Source: an uncultured Gemmatimonadales bacterium (lineage in GTDB: Bacteria > Gemmatimonadota > Gemmatimonadetes > Longimicrobiales > RSA9). From it: a stretch of DNA of 64,000 nucleotides. Under the pieces are notes generated by a model. That model was not told the DNA's origin. It was given only the letters and a program-made list of their open reading frames with translations, and searched no databases. Each line of letters opens with the position of its first letter. Position 1 is the first letter of the stretch. The stretch spans positions 3,200,001-3,264,000 of the forward strand of contig OY970192.1 in assembly GCA_963708135.1 (NCBI GenBank), in the 5' to 3' direction. The position numbers were made by a program, and so were the translations under genes. This document shows, piece by piece, positions 42,901 to 52,208 of this stretch.

Positions 42901-43394
42901 TTCCCCGTATCCGCGGCGGCGGCAAGGGCGGCGGAGTCGAGACCGACCGTGCGCCAGAGCTCCTCGAGCCCGCTCGTGAGCTGCGCACGCGCGTGGCGCG
43001 CCCAGCCACCCGACCAGTCCTCGAAGCGCGGGCGGAAGCGCAGCATGTCGGTCCAGAACGGCGGCGAGAGGCGGACGGCGAAGAGGTGGGCGAGCGACTC
43101 GAGGCCGAGGAAGACGGTGTCGGGCGCGGCAGCGGTGACGGAATCGGCGGCGGGGAGGGAATCGGCGGGCGGGGCGCGGAGCACGGAGTCGGGCCTTGCG
43201 ACGGGGGAGTCCGCCGGCGCGCGCAGGCGGCTGGAATCCGCGCGCGCGGGTAGCAGGCTGGAGTCCGCGCGCGCGGGTAGCCGAAGCGAGTCCGTCGCCG
43301 GACGGGCCCGGGCCGAGTCGGGCGTGCCCTGTGCGGCGGCGGGTGCCGCGGCGGCGAGGAGCAGCGCGGGGATCAAAAGCCAGCGTGCGTGCAT
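36993..43394 (-). CDS. sprA: SprA-like large outer-membrane protein
   Basis: Signal peptide, ~2130 aa; N-terminal G.I.D.I...VDYD..REFD..N.I...Y.G..DEILQRLEVGDV, GTDYTIDYDIGQV, YVDDFES, DSEDLDGNG and WIDDVRL motifs recalled from SprA/Sov; beta-rich C-terminus. Confidence 0.75.
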   Translation of the reverse strand: MHARWLLIPALLLAAAAPAAAQGTPDSARARPATDSLRLPARADSSLLPARADSSRLRAPADSPVARPDSVLRAPPADSLPAADSVTAAAPDTVFLGLESLAHLFAVRLSPPFWTDMLRFRPRFEDWSGGWARHARAQLTSGLEELWRTVGLDSAALAAAADTGKGGPGRPPGGPTISPPAGVAGVPGAPAPRQLVLPPSLSQYADVGMIITGRGEMGGAWNRYHPCDPGLRLDCNPSLFPQLKPDLQFGLRVGGTISDRIHLDVDYDQRREFDAANNINVYYQGLPDEILQRLEVGDVSIQLPQSRYLTQGIPAGNFGFKATGQMGPMDFQAVWAQQRGDVSRREFRLNGNQGSAGLVQDQSIVLDDASYVKGQFFFLLDPDSLAGAPHVNILQLRLEDAPASLRPAGGSAIQVYRDERPSAANQQQQAQLGYFLADATTPDGSLKHSGQFRRLVQGEDYIVHSSGLWIVLRQPLRDDEALAVSYVTAAGDTVGALDAENSPAGVTPTLRLLRGPTTIHQPGAATWKYEMHQVYRLDSSSGVDPSSVNLTISLGELSGGKTFAQVGADQVTYLRLFGLDENAPADQIDNAQIYQPAADNGFGGGAAGGGGGGAPTVGGTFIVFPTLQPFEAPPPVPAAGLDSAQSRAALGTDANSDIYENPDPVTRESSSRFRLSFDYRVKVDGLVSTFSLGALGIREGSEKITIGGKPLARGTDYTIDYDIGQVTLTNPESLFGTTPDAQIQATWEQKSQFQIAPTSVFGLNTKYALGKRGELDFMGLYQAQRSINARPQLGNEPGSIMLGGVSGRMDLGGRLLDRALARLPGLRLNGASSVKLTGELALSSPNPNRQGATYVDDFESTDQISLSLDRPVWRLGSRPADLTGAGAVLPPVLDAASAMRLVWQHDYRTSDGVIAGLLDPTTQIDDSIKVVGTSGAGGEPVLYMTYGDSAMTPGARRWRSLTTVLSTTGRDLSRSEYLEFYVAHTVGQDAALILDLGTVGEDAFYYDAQGQVTGTYPDGTPWGQGTLDQEVNVARHEVWSAVSDSLGLWNQDCHAAPGQTYPLGDPRADCTRGNGMLDSEDLDGNGVPDLSDGAYFRYVVPLDRMTPYLVRDTSITGTHFQLYRIPLRGMDAIPIGGATEGTWRFIKDLRITVAATVGERPGQVLLARMNIIGSRWAKRGVSGIVDGLDRTDPGAPGDAAGFRVGPVSRVNDSGYASPPGVTDQLQDPTSALGVSSVEINEKALRLSVTALQPDSRAEVYYRYPQQPRNFLSYRQMRVWAVARQGNWGPSGDEQLLIKVGNDDANYYLYRTRLAAPVPGAGAKASDWLPEIAIDFEPWFELRAAAEEALIQQPDRTAPLVLWSADSTYGVVLQDRARAPNLAAVRELSFSIYNGGIAPEPAEVWIDDVRLGSALTDPGFAGAVNLDVRGGDFIAATASYSHQGALFHQLGQGASYQRSADMGLNARAELGHLAPTGWGIEAPLTVSYAHTGLDPMFLQQSDVLANQLSNLRFTGASRTRVDLALRRTTPASNPWLGLLLDGTALRLGYSAASNGNITSLSQAGGLDAALTYDRKIDAHELDITPGFVDGLVHALFPAFLEKSQLFKELTGAKLRWSPDAISFSTSYSNQQSRAYRYSTILALPSDTLVAPVESPRMGLQNTARLSLRPFETMSASVSVNSTRDLLPADRATTAPLQRQAIRDARGSVGGLDIGWETARNMTTSFAFRPRVASWLQPGLSYSAHFGTARNPSYLRIIADGADSSAALQRQFQADRTLNRTLQIDPGGLMSTLFGARRDSTAGRASRVLRSIGSAVRPIDLTWIDGLGSQFERADGDPGTGYQLGLGGLGGFRVIGQDTAVSTNQRSAFRARTGLALPFQTQLALSYDGSDNSYLDTRGGQRTQHQATWPDIQLQWGSIPIPGFARPVFRHLSMTTGYQHTDQRNVLGGAGLVLEGGAGGPGGGGAGATRAQVRSTVQSRYPLQLSLGVGTIGTATYTGSITHGSTADPTGNAQEDQTNHTVQLSGAFRAPPMFRDKLKSPLHVSLSLSQQGERSCRFVQTTTESSGCVPYVDYMNRRIDLTFDTMLSDLNVGVQMSYNSRQSHIGTLNGTSQFQLGIFGQFDLSAGQLPSDLPH

Positions 43395-43472
43395 ACCAAT
43401 CCAGGAACGGGGGCAGCATCCCCCGGCATTCACGAAGAGACGGCGGCGCCGAGCGGGGCGCGGGGTCGAGGG

Positions 43473-43522
43473 TTGTCGCTCACGGAAGCCGTAAATATAC
43501 TAACTGTTTACACACCTCTCAA
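43473..43522. promoter_or_regulatory. Bidirectional sigma70 promoters with overlapping -10 boxes (sprA / lptF)
   Basis: Plus: TTGTCG(43473-43478)-17bp-TATACT(43496-43501). Minus: TTGAGA(43522-43517)-17bp-TATATT(43499-43494). Confidence 0.65.
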
Positions 43523-43575
43523 CGCCGGATCGGTCCGTCGATGCAGACGTCGGGAACAGGGAGCCGCGTGAGCCC

Positions 43576-45003
43576 GTGCGGATCCTGACACGCTATCTGC
43601 TGAGGGCCCACGTGGCGCCCTTCCTGTTCGCGCTGATCGCGCTGACGAGCATCCTGCTGGTGAACACGGTGGCGCGGCAGCTGGAGAACCTGGCGGGCAA
43701 GGGGCTCCCGGCGTCGGCATTCGTCGAGGTGTTCGGCCTCTCGGTGCCGCACGTGGTGGCGCTGACGCTGCCGATGGCCGTGCTGGTGGCGGTGCTGTAC
43801 ACGTTCAGCCAGCTGACGGCGGAGAACGAGATCACGGCGATGAAGGCGAGCGGGGTCAACCTGCTGCGGCTGCTCGTGCCGGTGCTCGGGGCCGGCGTGC
43901 TGCTGGCAGTCTTCATGGTATGGTTCAACGACCAGGTGCTGCCGAACGCGAACCACCGGCTGGCCAACCTGCTGCTCGACATCGCGCGCAAGACTCCGAC
44001 GCTGCAGCTCAAGGAGCAGGTGATCAACGAGATCGACTCGGGCGACATGCGCTCGCGCTACTACCTGCAGGCGGCGAACATCGACGCGGGCACGAACCGG
44101 CTGAAGGACGTGGTGATCTACGACCTGAGCGATCCGGCGAAGGCGCGGACGGTGTACGCCGACAGCGGGCGGATGGCTTTTAACCGGGAGCGGACGGATC
44201 TGTTCCTGGAGCTTCGCTCGGGGTGGGTCCACGACCTGAGCACGCGCCAGCCGGACCAGTTCCAGCGGACCCGCTTCGACAGCTACCTGCTCGACCTGAA
44301 GGACGTGGGCAACCAGTTCGAGCACAGCGGCGACAGCTACCGCGGCGACCGGGAGATGGGGCTCGCCGAGCTGCGGGCCGAGGCGGAGAGCGCGCGCAAG
44401 GAGCTCGCGCGCGTGGGCCAGGACGCGGCCGCACGCTCGGGGCGCGCGGTCACGCTGGCGCTGCAGGGTGTCGAGCGGCGGCCGCCGCCGCCGGTGTACG
44501 CGACGCCTCCGGCGCAGCCGGAGCACCCGCGCTACCGGCCGGAGGACGAGATGGTGCGGCAGACGGCGCTCGAGCTGCGCGTGCTCCGCGACCGGCAGAG
44601 CGCGCTGCAGGACCGCCTGAACTCCTACGAGGTGGAGTACCACAAGAAGTTCGCGATCCCCTTCGCGTGCATCGTGTTCGTGCTGATCGGCGCGCCGCTG
44701 GCCGTGCGCTTCCCGCGCGGCGGCATGGGAATGGTGATCGCGATCTCGCTGTCGATCTTCGGGATCTATTACGTGGGGCTGATCGGCGGGGAGACGCTCT
44801 CGGACAACGGGCTGCTGGCGCCGTTCTGGGCCATGTGGGCGGCCAACATCCTCTTCCTCGCCGCGAGCGTGTGGGGGCTGGTGCGGATCGGCCACGAGGC
44901 CTCGACCACGCGCGGCGGCGGCTGGGACGACCTGCTGCACACCCTGCGCGGCGCCGCGCTCCACCCGGTGCGGGTACTGCTCGGCCGCGGAAGAGCGGCG
45001 TGA
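43576..45003 (+). CDS. lptF: LptF/LptG-family LPS export permease
   Basis: MRILTRYLLR, ENEITAMKASGV, VEYHKKFAIPFAC, AMWAAN. Confidence 0.88.
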   Translation: MRILTRYLLRAHVAPFLFALIALTSILLVNTVARQLENLAGKGLPASAFVEVFGLSVPHVVALTLPMAVLVAVLYTFSQLTAENEITAMKASGVNLLRLLVPVLGAGVLLAVFMVWFNDQVLPNANHRLANLLLDIARKTPTLQLKEQVINEIDSGDMRSRYYLQAANIDAGTNRLKDVVIYDLSDPAKARTVYADSGRMAFNRERTDLFLELRSGWVHDLSTRQPDQFQRTRFDSYLLDLKDVGNQFEHSGDSYRGDREMGLAELRAEAESARKELARVGQDAAARSGRAVTLALQGVERRPPPPVYATPPAQPEHPRYRPEDEMVRQTALELRVLRDRQSALQDRLNSYEVEYHKKFAIPFACIVFVLIGAPLAVRFPRGGMGMVIAISLSIFGIYYVGLIGGETLSDNGLLAPFWAMWAANILFLAASVWGLVRIGHEASTTRGGGWDDLLHTLRGAALHPVRVLLGRGRAA

Positions 45004-46076
45004 TGTTCCGCCTGCTCGACCGCTACATGAGCCGGGAGTTCACGCGCATCTTCATCGTGTTCGTGCTGGGCGCGCCGCTGCTCTTCGTGATCGGCGACCT
45101 GGTGGACAACCTCGGCCACTACCTCGACCGCGGCCTCAGTCCCGGCCAGGTCGCGCTCGGCTACGTCTACCAGATGCCGCAGTTCATCCTCTTCTCCTTC
45201 CCCGTGGCCGCCCTCATCGCGACGGTCTTCACCGTGGGCAACATGACGCGGCACTCCGAGATCGCCGCGGCCAAGGCGGGCGGCGTGAGCTTCCACCGGC
45301 TGACGCTGCCGCTGCTGCTGCTCGGGGTGCTGCTGACCGGCGCCGGCTTCGGCCTCTCGGAGCTCGTGCCGATCGGGATCCGCAAGCGCGCCGAGGTCAT
45401 GGGCGAGCGCGGCCCCGCCCAGGCCGCCCGCACCGACTTCGTCTACCGCGCCCCCGACGGCGAGGTCTACGCCGTGCGCCGCCTCGACGTGGCCGCCGGC
45501 CGCATCGAGGGCCTCTCCATGGAGCGGGAAGGCGACGAGCCGCGCGTCCCCGGCGTCAGCGTCTTCGCCAGCAGCGCCTACTACGCGAAGGGCGCCGGCT
45601 GGCTGCTGCGCGAGGGCTACCTGCGCCTGTTCGTGGGGCCGGGCCAGGAGCGCAGCTGGGAGTTCCAGACACTGCACCCCGTCGGCCTCACGGCCACGCC
45701 CGAGCAGCTGCTCGCCATCCCGAAGTCCCCCGACGAGATGGGTTACCGCGAGCTCGGTCGCTTCATCGACATCCTGCGCCACTCCGGCGGCAAGCCGTTC
45801 CAGCTCATGGTCAAGCGCGCGCAGAAGATCGCCATCCCCGTGGCCACCCTCATCATCATCCTCTTCGGCGCGCCACTCGCCAACAGCTCCGCGCGCGGCG
45901 GCGCCGCCTACGGCATCGGAATCTCCCTCGGCATCACGGTCATCTACATGATGCTGCTCCGCGTGTCCGGGGGAATGGGCGCGGGCGGCTCGATCCCGCC
46001 GCTGCTGGCGGCATGGCTGCCGAATCTGGTGTTCTTCGTTGCGGGGGTGGGGCTGCAGGCGAGGGTGAAGACGTAA
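45003..46076 (+). CDS. lptG: LptF/LptG-family LPS export permease
   Basis: MFRLLDRYM, HSEIAAAKAGGVS, PDEMGYREL, AAWLPNLVF; TGATG overlap with lptF. Confidence 0.88.
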   Translation: MFRLLDRYMSREFTRIFIVFVLGAPLLFVIGDLVDNLGHYLDRGLSPGQVALGYVYQMPQFILFSFPVAALIATVFTVGNMTRHSEIAAAKAGGVSFHRLTLPLLLLGVLLTGAGFGLSELVPIGIRKRAEVMGERGPAQAARTDFVYRAPDGEVYAVRRLDVAAGRIEGLSMEREGDEPRVPGVSVFASSAYYAKGAGWLLREGYLRLFVGPGQERSWEFQTLHPVGLTATPEQLLAIPKSPDEMGYRELGRFIDILRHSGGKPFQLMVKRAQKIAIPVATLIIILFGAPLANSSARGGAAYGIGISLGITVIYMMLLRVSGGMGAGGSIPPLLAAWLPNLVFFVAGVGLQARVKT

Positions 46077-46148
46077 CGGCGGGCCCGGGGCCCGAGGCTC
46101 GGGCTTCGGGGCCCGGGGGTCGCGCTTCGACCTCCGGGCGGGAGCACA

Positions 46149-46613
46149 TCAGTCGGCGGAGAGGGCGCCCCCGTGGCCGTCGTCGTGATCGGCGTCGGGA
46201 CCGCGCGGGCGGGTGGACGAGGTGGCCGGCGGAGGACGGCCGATGCGGGACTCGACCTCGTGCAGCACGCGCACGGGGGAAACCGGCTTCTCCAGGTAGC
46301 GGCAACACCCGGCCTCGCGGGCGGCGGCGCCCATCTCGGCTTCGGGGCGGCCCGAGAGGACGATGACGTGGATGTCCGACGTCGCCTCATCGTCCTTCAG
46401 GATCCCGCAGAACTGCAGTCCGTCGAGCCGCGGGATCATCAGGTCGAGCAGCACCAGGTCCGGATGGTGCGCCTGCGCCATCTCGAGCCCCTCCACGCCG
46501 TCGTGGGCGAAGAGGACGTCGAAGCCGTTGTACCAGAGGACCCGCCCGTAAATCTCGCGGTCGTGGGGGTCATCCTCCACGACGAGCACGAGCTGCCGCT
46601 TCAGTCTCGTCAT
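46149..46613 (-). CDS. Single-domain response regulator
   Basis: VLVVEDD, PDLVLLDLMIPRLDG, YLEKP. Confidence 0.9.
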   Translation of the reverse strand: MTRLKRQLVLVVEDDPHDREIYGRVLWYNGFDVLFAHDGVEGLEMAQAHHPDLVLLDLMIPRLDGLQFCGILKDDEATSDIHVIVLSGRPEAEMGAAAREAGCCRYLEKPVSPVRVLHEVESRIGRPPPATSSTRPRGPDADHDDGHGGALSAD

Positions 46614-46878
46614 CCGGCCCCCGACTCAAAAGCCAAAGCATCTCATTGCGGTGCCGCAAGTTGCACGCCCGGAGGGCAGGCGCCAGGGGAATCGCGCGCC
46701 TGCTGGAAGGTCCGTGGAGCGACTGTGCCGGGGGTGGGGGAAAAGGGACGGGAACGGGGGGAACTGGGGGGGCACGGGCACACGTTTACGTTCACGTGGA
46801 CGGGCATCAACGGAAGGCAGAAACGGAAGGCAGGGGCAGGTTCAGGGGCAGGTTCAGGGGCAGGGGCAGGGGCAGGTT

Positions 46879-47757
46879 CTACTCCGCGGCGAGCCGGCTC
46901 GTGAGCTCCTCCGTCAGCTCCCCCTCGAGGATGATCTCGACATCGCCGCGCAGGCGCACGGAGTAGTCGTCGGCCACCCTCACTCTCACGCTCCCGCCCT
47001 CCATCTCGACCGTGAGCTCGTCGCCGCGGGAGACGAGGCCGAGGCGGGTGGCGATGGCGGCTACGGCGCAGGCGCTCGAGCCGGAGGCCAGGGTCTCGCC
47101 GGCGCCGCGCTCCCAGATCCAGGCCTGGAGGCGGTCGGGGCCGAGGACGCGGGCGAGCTGGACGTTGGTGCCGGCGGGGAAGGCGGCGTGGGTGGCGAGC
47201 TGCGGGCCGCGGCGCAGGAAATCGGCGCGGTCGAGCGGGCCGTCGAGCAGCACGACGCAGTGGGGGTTGGCCAGCGAGACGGGATTGACCTCGAGGACCT
47301 CGCCGTCGGGCAGCTCGAGCGGTGTACGCAGCGCCTCGCCCGGCACGGGCGTGAAGCCTACGGCCTCGCCGCGGAAGTCGGCGCGGCCCATCTCGACGGT
47401 GATGTCGAGGATGCCGGTCGCCGGCGCGGCCTGGATGGTCATGGTGACCTCGTCGCGCGGGAGGCGGACGGTGAAGGCGTCGCCTGCCACGAGGCCGCGG
47501 CGGTGCAGGAAAGCGCCGAAGATGCGCAGCCCGTTGCCGCTCTTCTCGGCCGTGGTGCCGTCGGGATTGAAGATCTCGAGGCGGAACGGCGGCCCGTCCA
47601 GGTGGCCGAGCAGGATGCCGTCGGAGCCGATGCCGCGGTGGCGGTCGCAGAGGCGACGCACGCGCGCGGGCGTGAGCGGCCAGGGCAGCGCGGCCGCGTC
47701 GAGGACGATGTAGTCGTTGCCCAGGCCGTGGCCGCGGGCGAAGGCGAGGCGGCTCAC
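46879..47757 (-). CDS. dapF: Diaminopimelate epimerase-like protein (Ser/Ser active-site variant)
   Basis: HGLGNDY, LCDRHRGIGSDG, IFNPDG..AEKSGNG, NPHCV, TNVQ, WERGAGETLASGSSAC. Confidence 0.85.
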   Translation of the reverse strand: MSRLAFARGHGLGNDYIVLDAAALPWPLTPARVRRLCDRHRGIGSDGILLGHLDGPPFRLEIFNPDGTTAEKSGNGLRIFGAFLHRRGLVAGDAFTVRLPRDEVTMTIQAAPATGILDITVEMGRADFRGEAVGFTPVPGEALRTPLELPDGEVLEVNPVSLANPHCVVLLDGPLDRADFLRRGPQLATHAAFPAGTNVQLARVLGPDRLQAWIWERGAGETLASGSSACAVAAIATRLGLVSRGDELTVEMEGGSVRVRVADDYSVRLRGDVEIILEGELTEELTSRLAAE

Positions 47758-47870
47758 CGGACGAGCTCGGGCGCGGGTGCAACCATGAAACCTCCCATCG
47801 GTATCTACGTAAGGGAAACGCGAGCCCGCGGGCGGGCTCCGCACCCGATCATCGAGAACGAAAGACGCGC

Positions 47871-50621
47871 ATGCAGAATAGATACGCGACGATGTTCCCG
47901 GCCCGGCCGAGTCGGGCCTGGCCGCTGGCCGCCGCGCTCGCCCTCCTCACCGCCGGCGGCCTTTCCGCGCAGAAATCGGAGCGCCTGGCGGCACAACCCG
48001 CGCCGGCGGCCGCTCGTCCCGCGCCGAAGCGGAACGCGCCGCGCGAGATGACGGCGGAACGGATCCCCGCGCACGCGTCGGCGCCGGTCATCGACGGCCG
48101 GCTGGACGACGCGGTATGGGCCGACGCCCGCGTGGCGGACGCGTTCACGCAGATCCAGCCGGATCCGGGCGCCGCCGCGACGCTGCGCACCGAGGTCCGT
48201 ATCGCCTACGACGCGGACGCGATCTACGTGGCGGCGCGGATGTACGACCCGCACCCGGACTCGATCGCGGCACAGCTGACGCGGCGGGACGAGGTCGGGT
48301 ACTCGGGCCAGTTCCTCGTCGCCTTCGACAGCTACCACGACCACCGCACGGGCTACGCGTTCGCGCTGACGCCGAGCGGCGTGAAGCAGGACGTCTTCCT
48401 GTACGACGACACGAAGAGCGACGTGAGCTGGGACGCCGTCTGGGACGGCGCGGCGAGGGTGGACTCGCTCGGCTGGACGGCGGAGTTCCGGATCCCGCTG
48501 TCGCAGCTGCGCTTCAACCTGAAGGAGCGGGGCGAGGACGGCAAGCTGGTCTGGGGGGTGGACTTCAAGCGGACGATCGCGCGCTACAACGAGCAGGCGG
48601 TGTGGGCGCCGATCCCGCGCGAGGTGGACCGGGTGGTCTCGCTGTTCGGCGAGCTGCACGGGCTCAGCGGGCTGGCCTCTCCGCGGCGGCTCGAGGTGGT
48701 GCCGTACAGCGTGGCGCGGCTGACGCGCGCGCCGGCGGACCCCGGCGATCCGTTCCACAGCGCGAACGACCTGTCCACGACGGCGGGCGCGGACGTGAAG
48801 TACGGGCTCGGCCCGGACCTGACGCTGACCGCGACGGTGAACCCGGACTTCGGGCAGGTCGAGGCGGACCCGTCGGTGGTGAACCTGTCGGCGTACGAGA
48901 CCTTCTTCCCGGAGAAGCGGCCGTTCTTCGTGGAGGGCGCCGACATCTTCCGCTTCGGCATCGGCTTCGGCGACGGCTCGATGGGCAACGAGCAGCTCTT
49001 CTACTCGCGCCGCATCGGCCGCTCGCCGCAGGGGCCGGTGCCGGACAGCGCGGCGTTCAGCAGCATGCCGTCCTCGACGACGATCCTGGGCGCGGCCAAG
49101 CTGTCGGGCAAGACGGCGAGCGGCTGGTCGGTCGGCGTGCTGGATGCGGTCACCGGGCAGGAGAACGCGCGCACGGCCGGCCCTCAGGGCGGACGGCTCG
49201 GCAGGATTCCCGTCGAGCCGCTGACCAACTACGGCGTGGCGCGGCTGATCCGCACGTCCAGCGACGGGCAGAGCGCCGTCGGCGGCGTGTTCACGGCGAC
49301 GAACCGCCGGCTCGACGACCCCTCGCTCGACTTCCTGCGCAGCGCGGCGTACTCCGGCGGTGCGAACGTGCGGCACCGCTGGGGCGGCGGCAACTACGAG
49401 GTCACGGGGTGGCTGCTGGGCAGCGAGGTGCTGGGCAGCGACTCCGCGATCGCGCAGACGCAGCGCTCCTCGACCCACTACTACCAGCGGCCGGATGCCG
49501 GCTACCTGCACTACGACCCGACGCGCACCTCGCTGGCGGGGTGGGCGGCCGACCTGAGCGTGGCCAGGACCGGCGGCGGGCACTGGAGCGGCGGCTTCAT
49601 CGGCAACGTGCGCTCGCCCGGCTTCGAGGTGAACGATCTCGGCTACCAGCAGAACGCCGACCTGGTGATCTCGGGCCTCTACGGCTCCTACAGCGAGTAC
49701 CGCCCCGGCCCGCTGCTGCGGGACTGGCGCGTGAACGCGAGCGCGTTTGGCGGCTGGAACTTCGGCGGCGATCCGCTCGACCGCGAGCTGAACGTGAACG
49801 GCCACTTCACTCTGCTCAGCAACTGGGGCGGCGGGCTCGGAGTGAACCGGAACATGGCGCGTATCGAGACGGGCGCGCTGCGCGGCGGCCCCTCGATCCA
49901 GGCGCCCGGCCGCACGAGCCTGAACGCATGGGTCTACAGCGACGACCGGAACCCGGTGAGCGTCTCGCTGAGCGGCTGGCTGAACCGCGAGGACGGCACC
50001 GGCGGCCGCTCGGGCGGGCTGTCGCCGAACATCAGCGTGCGGCCGTCGGGCAACGTGCAGCTCTCGCTGGGGCCGAGCATCGACTGGAACCGCGATGCCT
50101 GGCAGTACGTGGCCGAGGCGGACACCCCCGGCGGCGCGCGCTACGTCTTCGGCTCCCTGCGCCAGACCACGGTCTCGCTCACGACCCGGCTGAACTACAC
50201 GTTCTCGCCCACGCTCTCGCTCCAGCTCTACGCGCAGCCGTTCGTGAGCGCGGGCCGCTACAGCCGGTTCCGGCAGATCGTGGACCCGCGCGCGGCCGCG
50301 TTCTCGGATCGCTTCCACACCTACGCGCCCTCCGAGATCCACTACGACCCGGGCGCGGAGAGCTACACCGTGGACCCCGGCGCGGGGGCGCGGGCGTTCA
50401 GCTTCGACCAACCGGACTTCGGGGTGCGGGAGCTGCGCTCGAACGCGGTACTGCGCTGGGAGTACCGGCCGGGCTCGACGCTCTTCATCGTGTGGAGCCA
50501 GGGCCGCTCCATCGATGACAGCGACGGCTCGTTCCGCTTCTCCCACGACGCGCGGGCGCTCTTCTCGGCACCCGGAACGAACGTGCTGCTGGTCAAGTTC
50601 AGCTACTGGCTGGGGCTGTAG
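47871..50621 (+). CDS. DUF5916 outer-membrane protein with N-terminal CBM9-like domain
   Basis: PVIDGRLDDAVW, GWTAEFRIPLSQLRF, TVNPDFGQVEAD, FFPEKRPFFVEG, LFYSRRIG; C-terminal KFSYW. Confidence 0.88.
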   Translation: MQNRYATMFPARPSRAWPLAAALALLTAGGLSAQKSERLAAQPAPAAARPAPKRNAPREMTAERIPAHASAPVIDGRLDDAVWADARVADAFTQIQPDPGAAATLRTEVRIAYDADAIYVAARMYDPHPDSIAAQLTRRDEVGYSGQFLVAFDSYHDHRTGYAFALTPSGVKQDVFLYDDTKSDVSWDAVWDGAARVDSLGWTAEFRIPLSQLRFNLKERGEDGKLVWGVDFKRTIARYNEQAVWAPIPREVDRVVSLFGELHGLSGLASPRRLEVVPYSVARLTRAPADPGDPFHSANDLSTTAGADVKYGLGPDLTLTATVNPDFGQVEADPSVVNLSAYETFFPEKRPFFVEGADIFRFGIGFGDGSMGNEQLFYSRRIGRSPQGPVPDSAAFSSMPSSTTILGAAKLSGKTASGWSVGVLDAVTGQENARTAGPQGGRLGRIPVEPLTNYGVARLIRTSSDGQSAVGGVFTATNRRLDDPSLDFLRSAAYSGGANVRHRWGGGNYEVTGWLLGSEVLGSDSAIAQTQRSSTHYYQRPDAGYLHYDPTRTSLAGWAADLSVARTGGGHWSGGFIGNVRSPGFEVNDLGYQQNADLVISGLYGSYSEYRPGPLLRDWRVNASAFGGWNFGGDPLDRELNVNGHFTLLSNWGGGLGVNRNMARIETGALRGGPSIQAPGRTSLNAWVYSDDRNPVSVSLSGWLNREDGTGGRSGGLSPNISVRPSGNVQLSLGPSIDWNRDAWQYVAEADTPGGARYVFGSLRQTTVSLTTRLNYTFSPTLSLQLYAQPFVSAGRYSRFRQIVDPRAAAFSDRFHTYAPSEIHYDPGAESYTVDPGAGARAFSFDQPDFGVRELRSNAVLRWEYRPGSTLFIVWSQGRSIDDSDGSFRFSHDARALFSAPGTNVLLVKFSYWLGL

Positions 50622-50638
50622 GAGGGAACGGAGAGGGT

Positions 50639-50747
50639 TCGCGGGGGGCTCACCCGGGCGCTCGCGGGGGCTCACCTGCGCGCTCGCGGGGGCTCACCTG
50701 CGCGCTCGCGGGGGCTCACCTGCGCGCTCGCGGGGGCTCACCCGCGC
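50639..50747. repeat. 22-bp tandem repeat, about 5 copies
   Basis: GCGCTCGCGGGGGCTCACCTGC repeated head to tail. Confidence 0.9.
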
Positions 50748-51084
50748 GGCGATTCGACCTTCCAACTGCTTGTCAGGGAGTGAACGGAGGCAACGGAGAA
50801 CGGATCCTTCCTTTTCCCCGCACCGCCCGGCCGGCCGCATTCCCGGGCGCGGCGGACGGATGAAAGAAATGGGCGGGGTCGTGCGGATGCCGGGAGGCGG
50901 CGCTCGCCCGGGTAGCGGCGCCCGCCGGCTCCGTTGCCTCCGTTCCTCCGTTTCCTCGGGTAACATCGCTGTTCGGCTGCCCGACCCTCGCCCAGACGCG
51001 CGCCCTCGCGCCAGCCCCGCGATGCCCGACGCCGCGCCCCTCGCGCCAGCCCCGCCGAGCTGTCTGGTCCCTCAGTGCGCTCCC

Positions 51085-52194
<1,110 letters not shown>

Positions 52195-52208
52195 ACGCCC
52201 TCCCCCGC

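Noticed and set aside
36996..43419. Long overlapping ORFs (1651 aa plus strand, 1644 aa minus strand) and similar shadow ORFs across the window
   Set aside because: Antisense or alternate-frame shadows of real high-GC genes; Arg/Ala/Gly/Pro-rich with no motifs.
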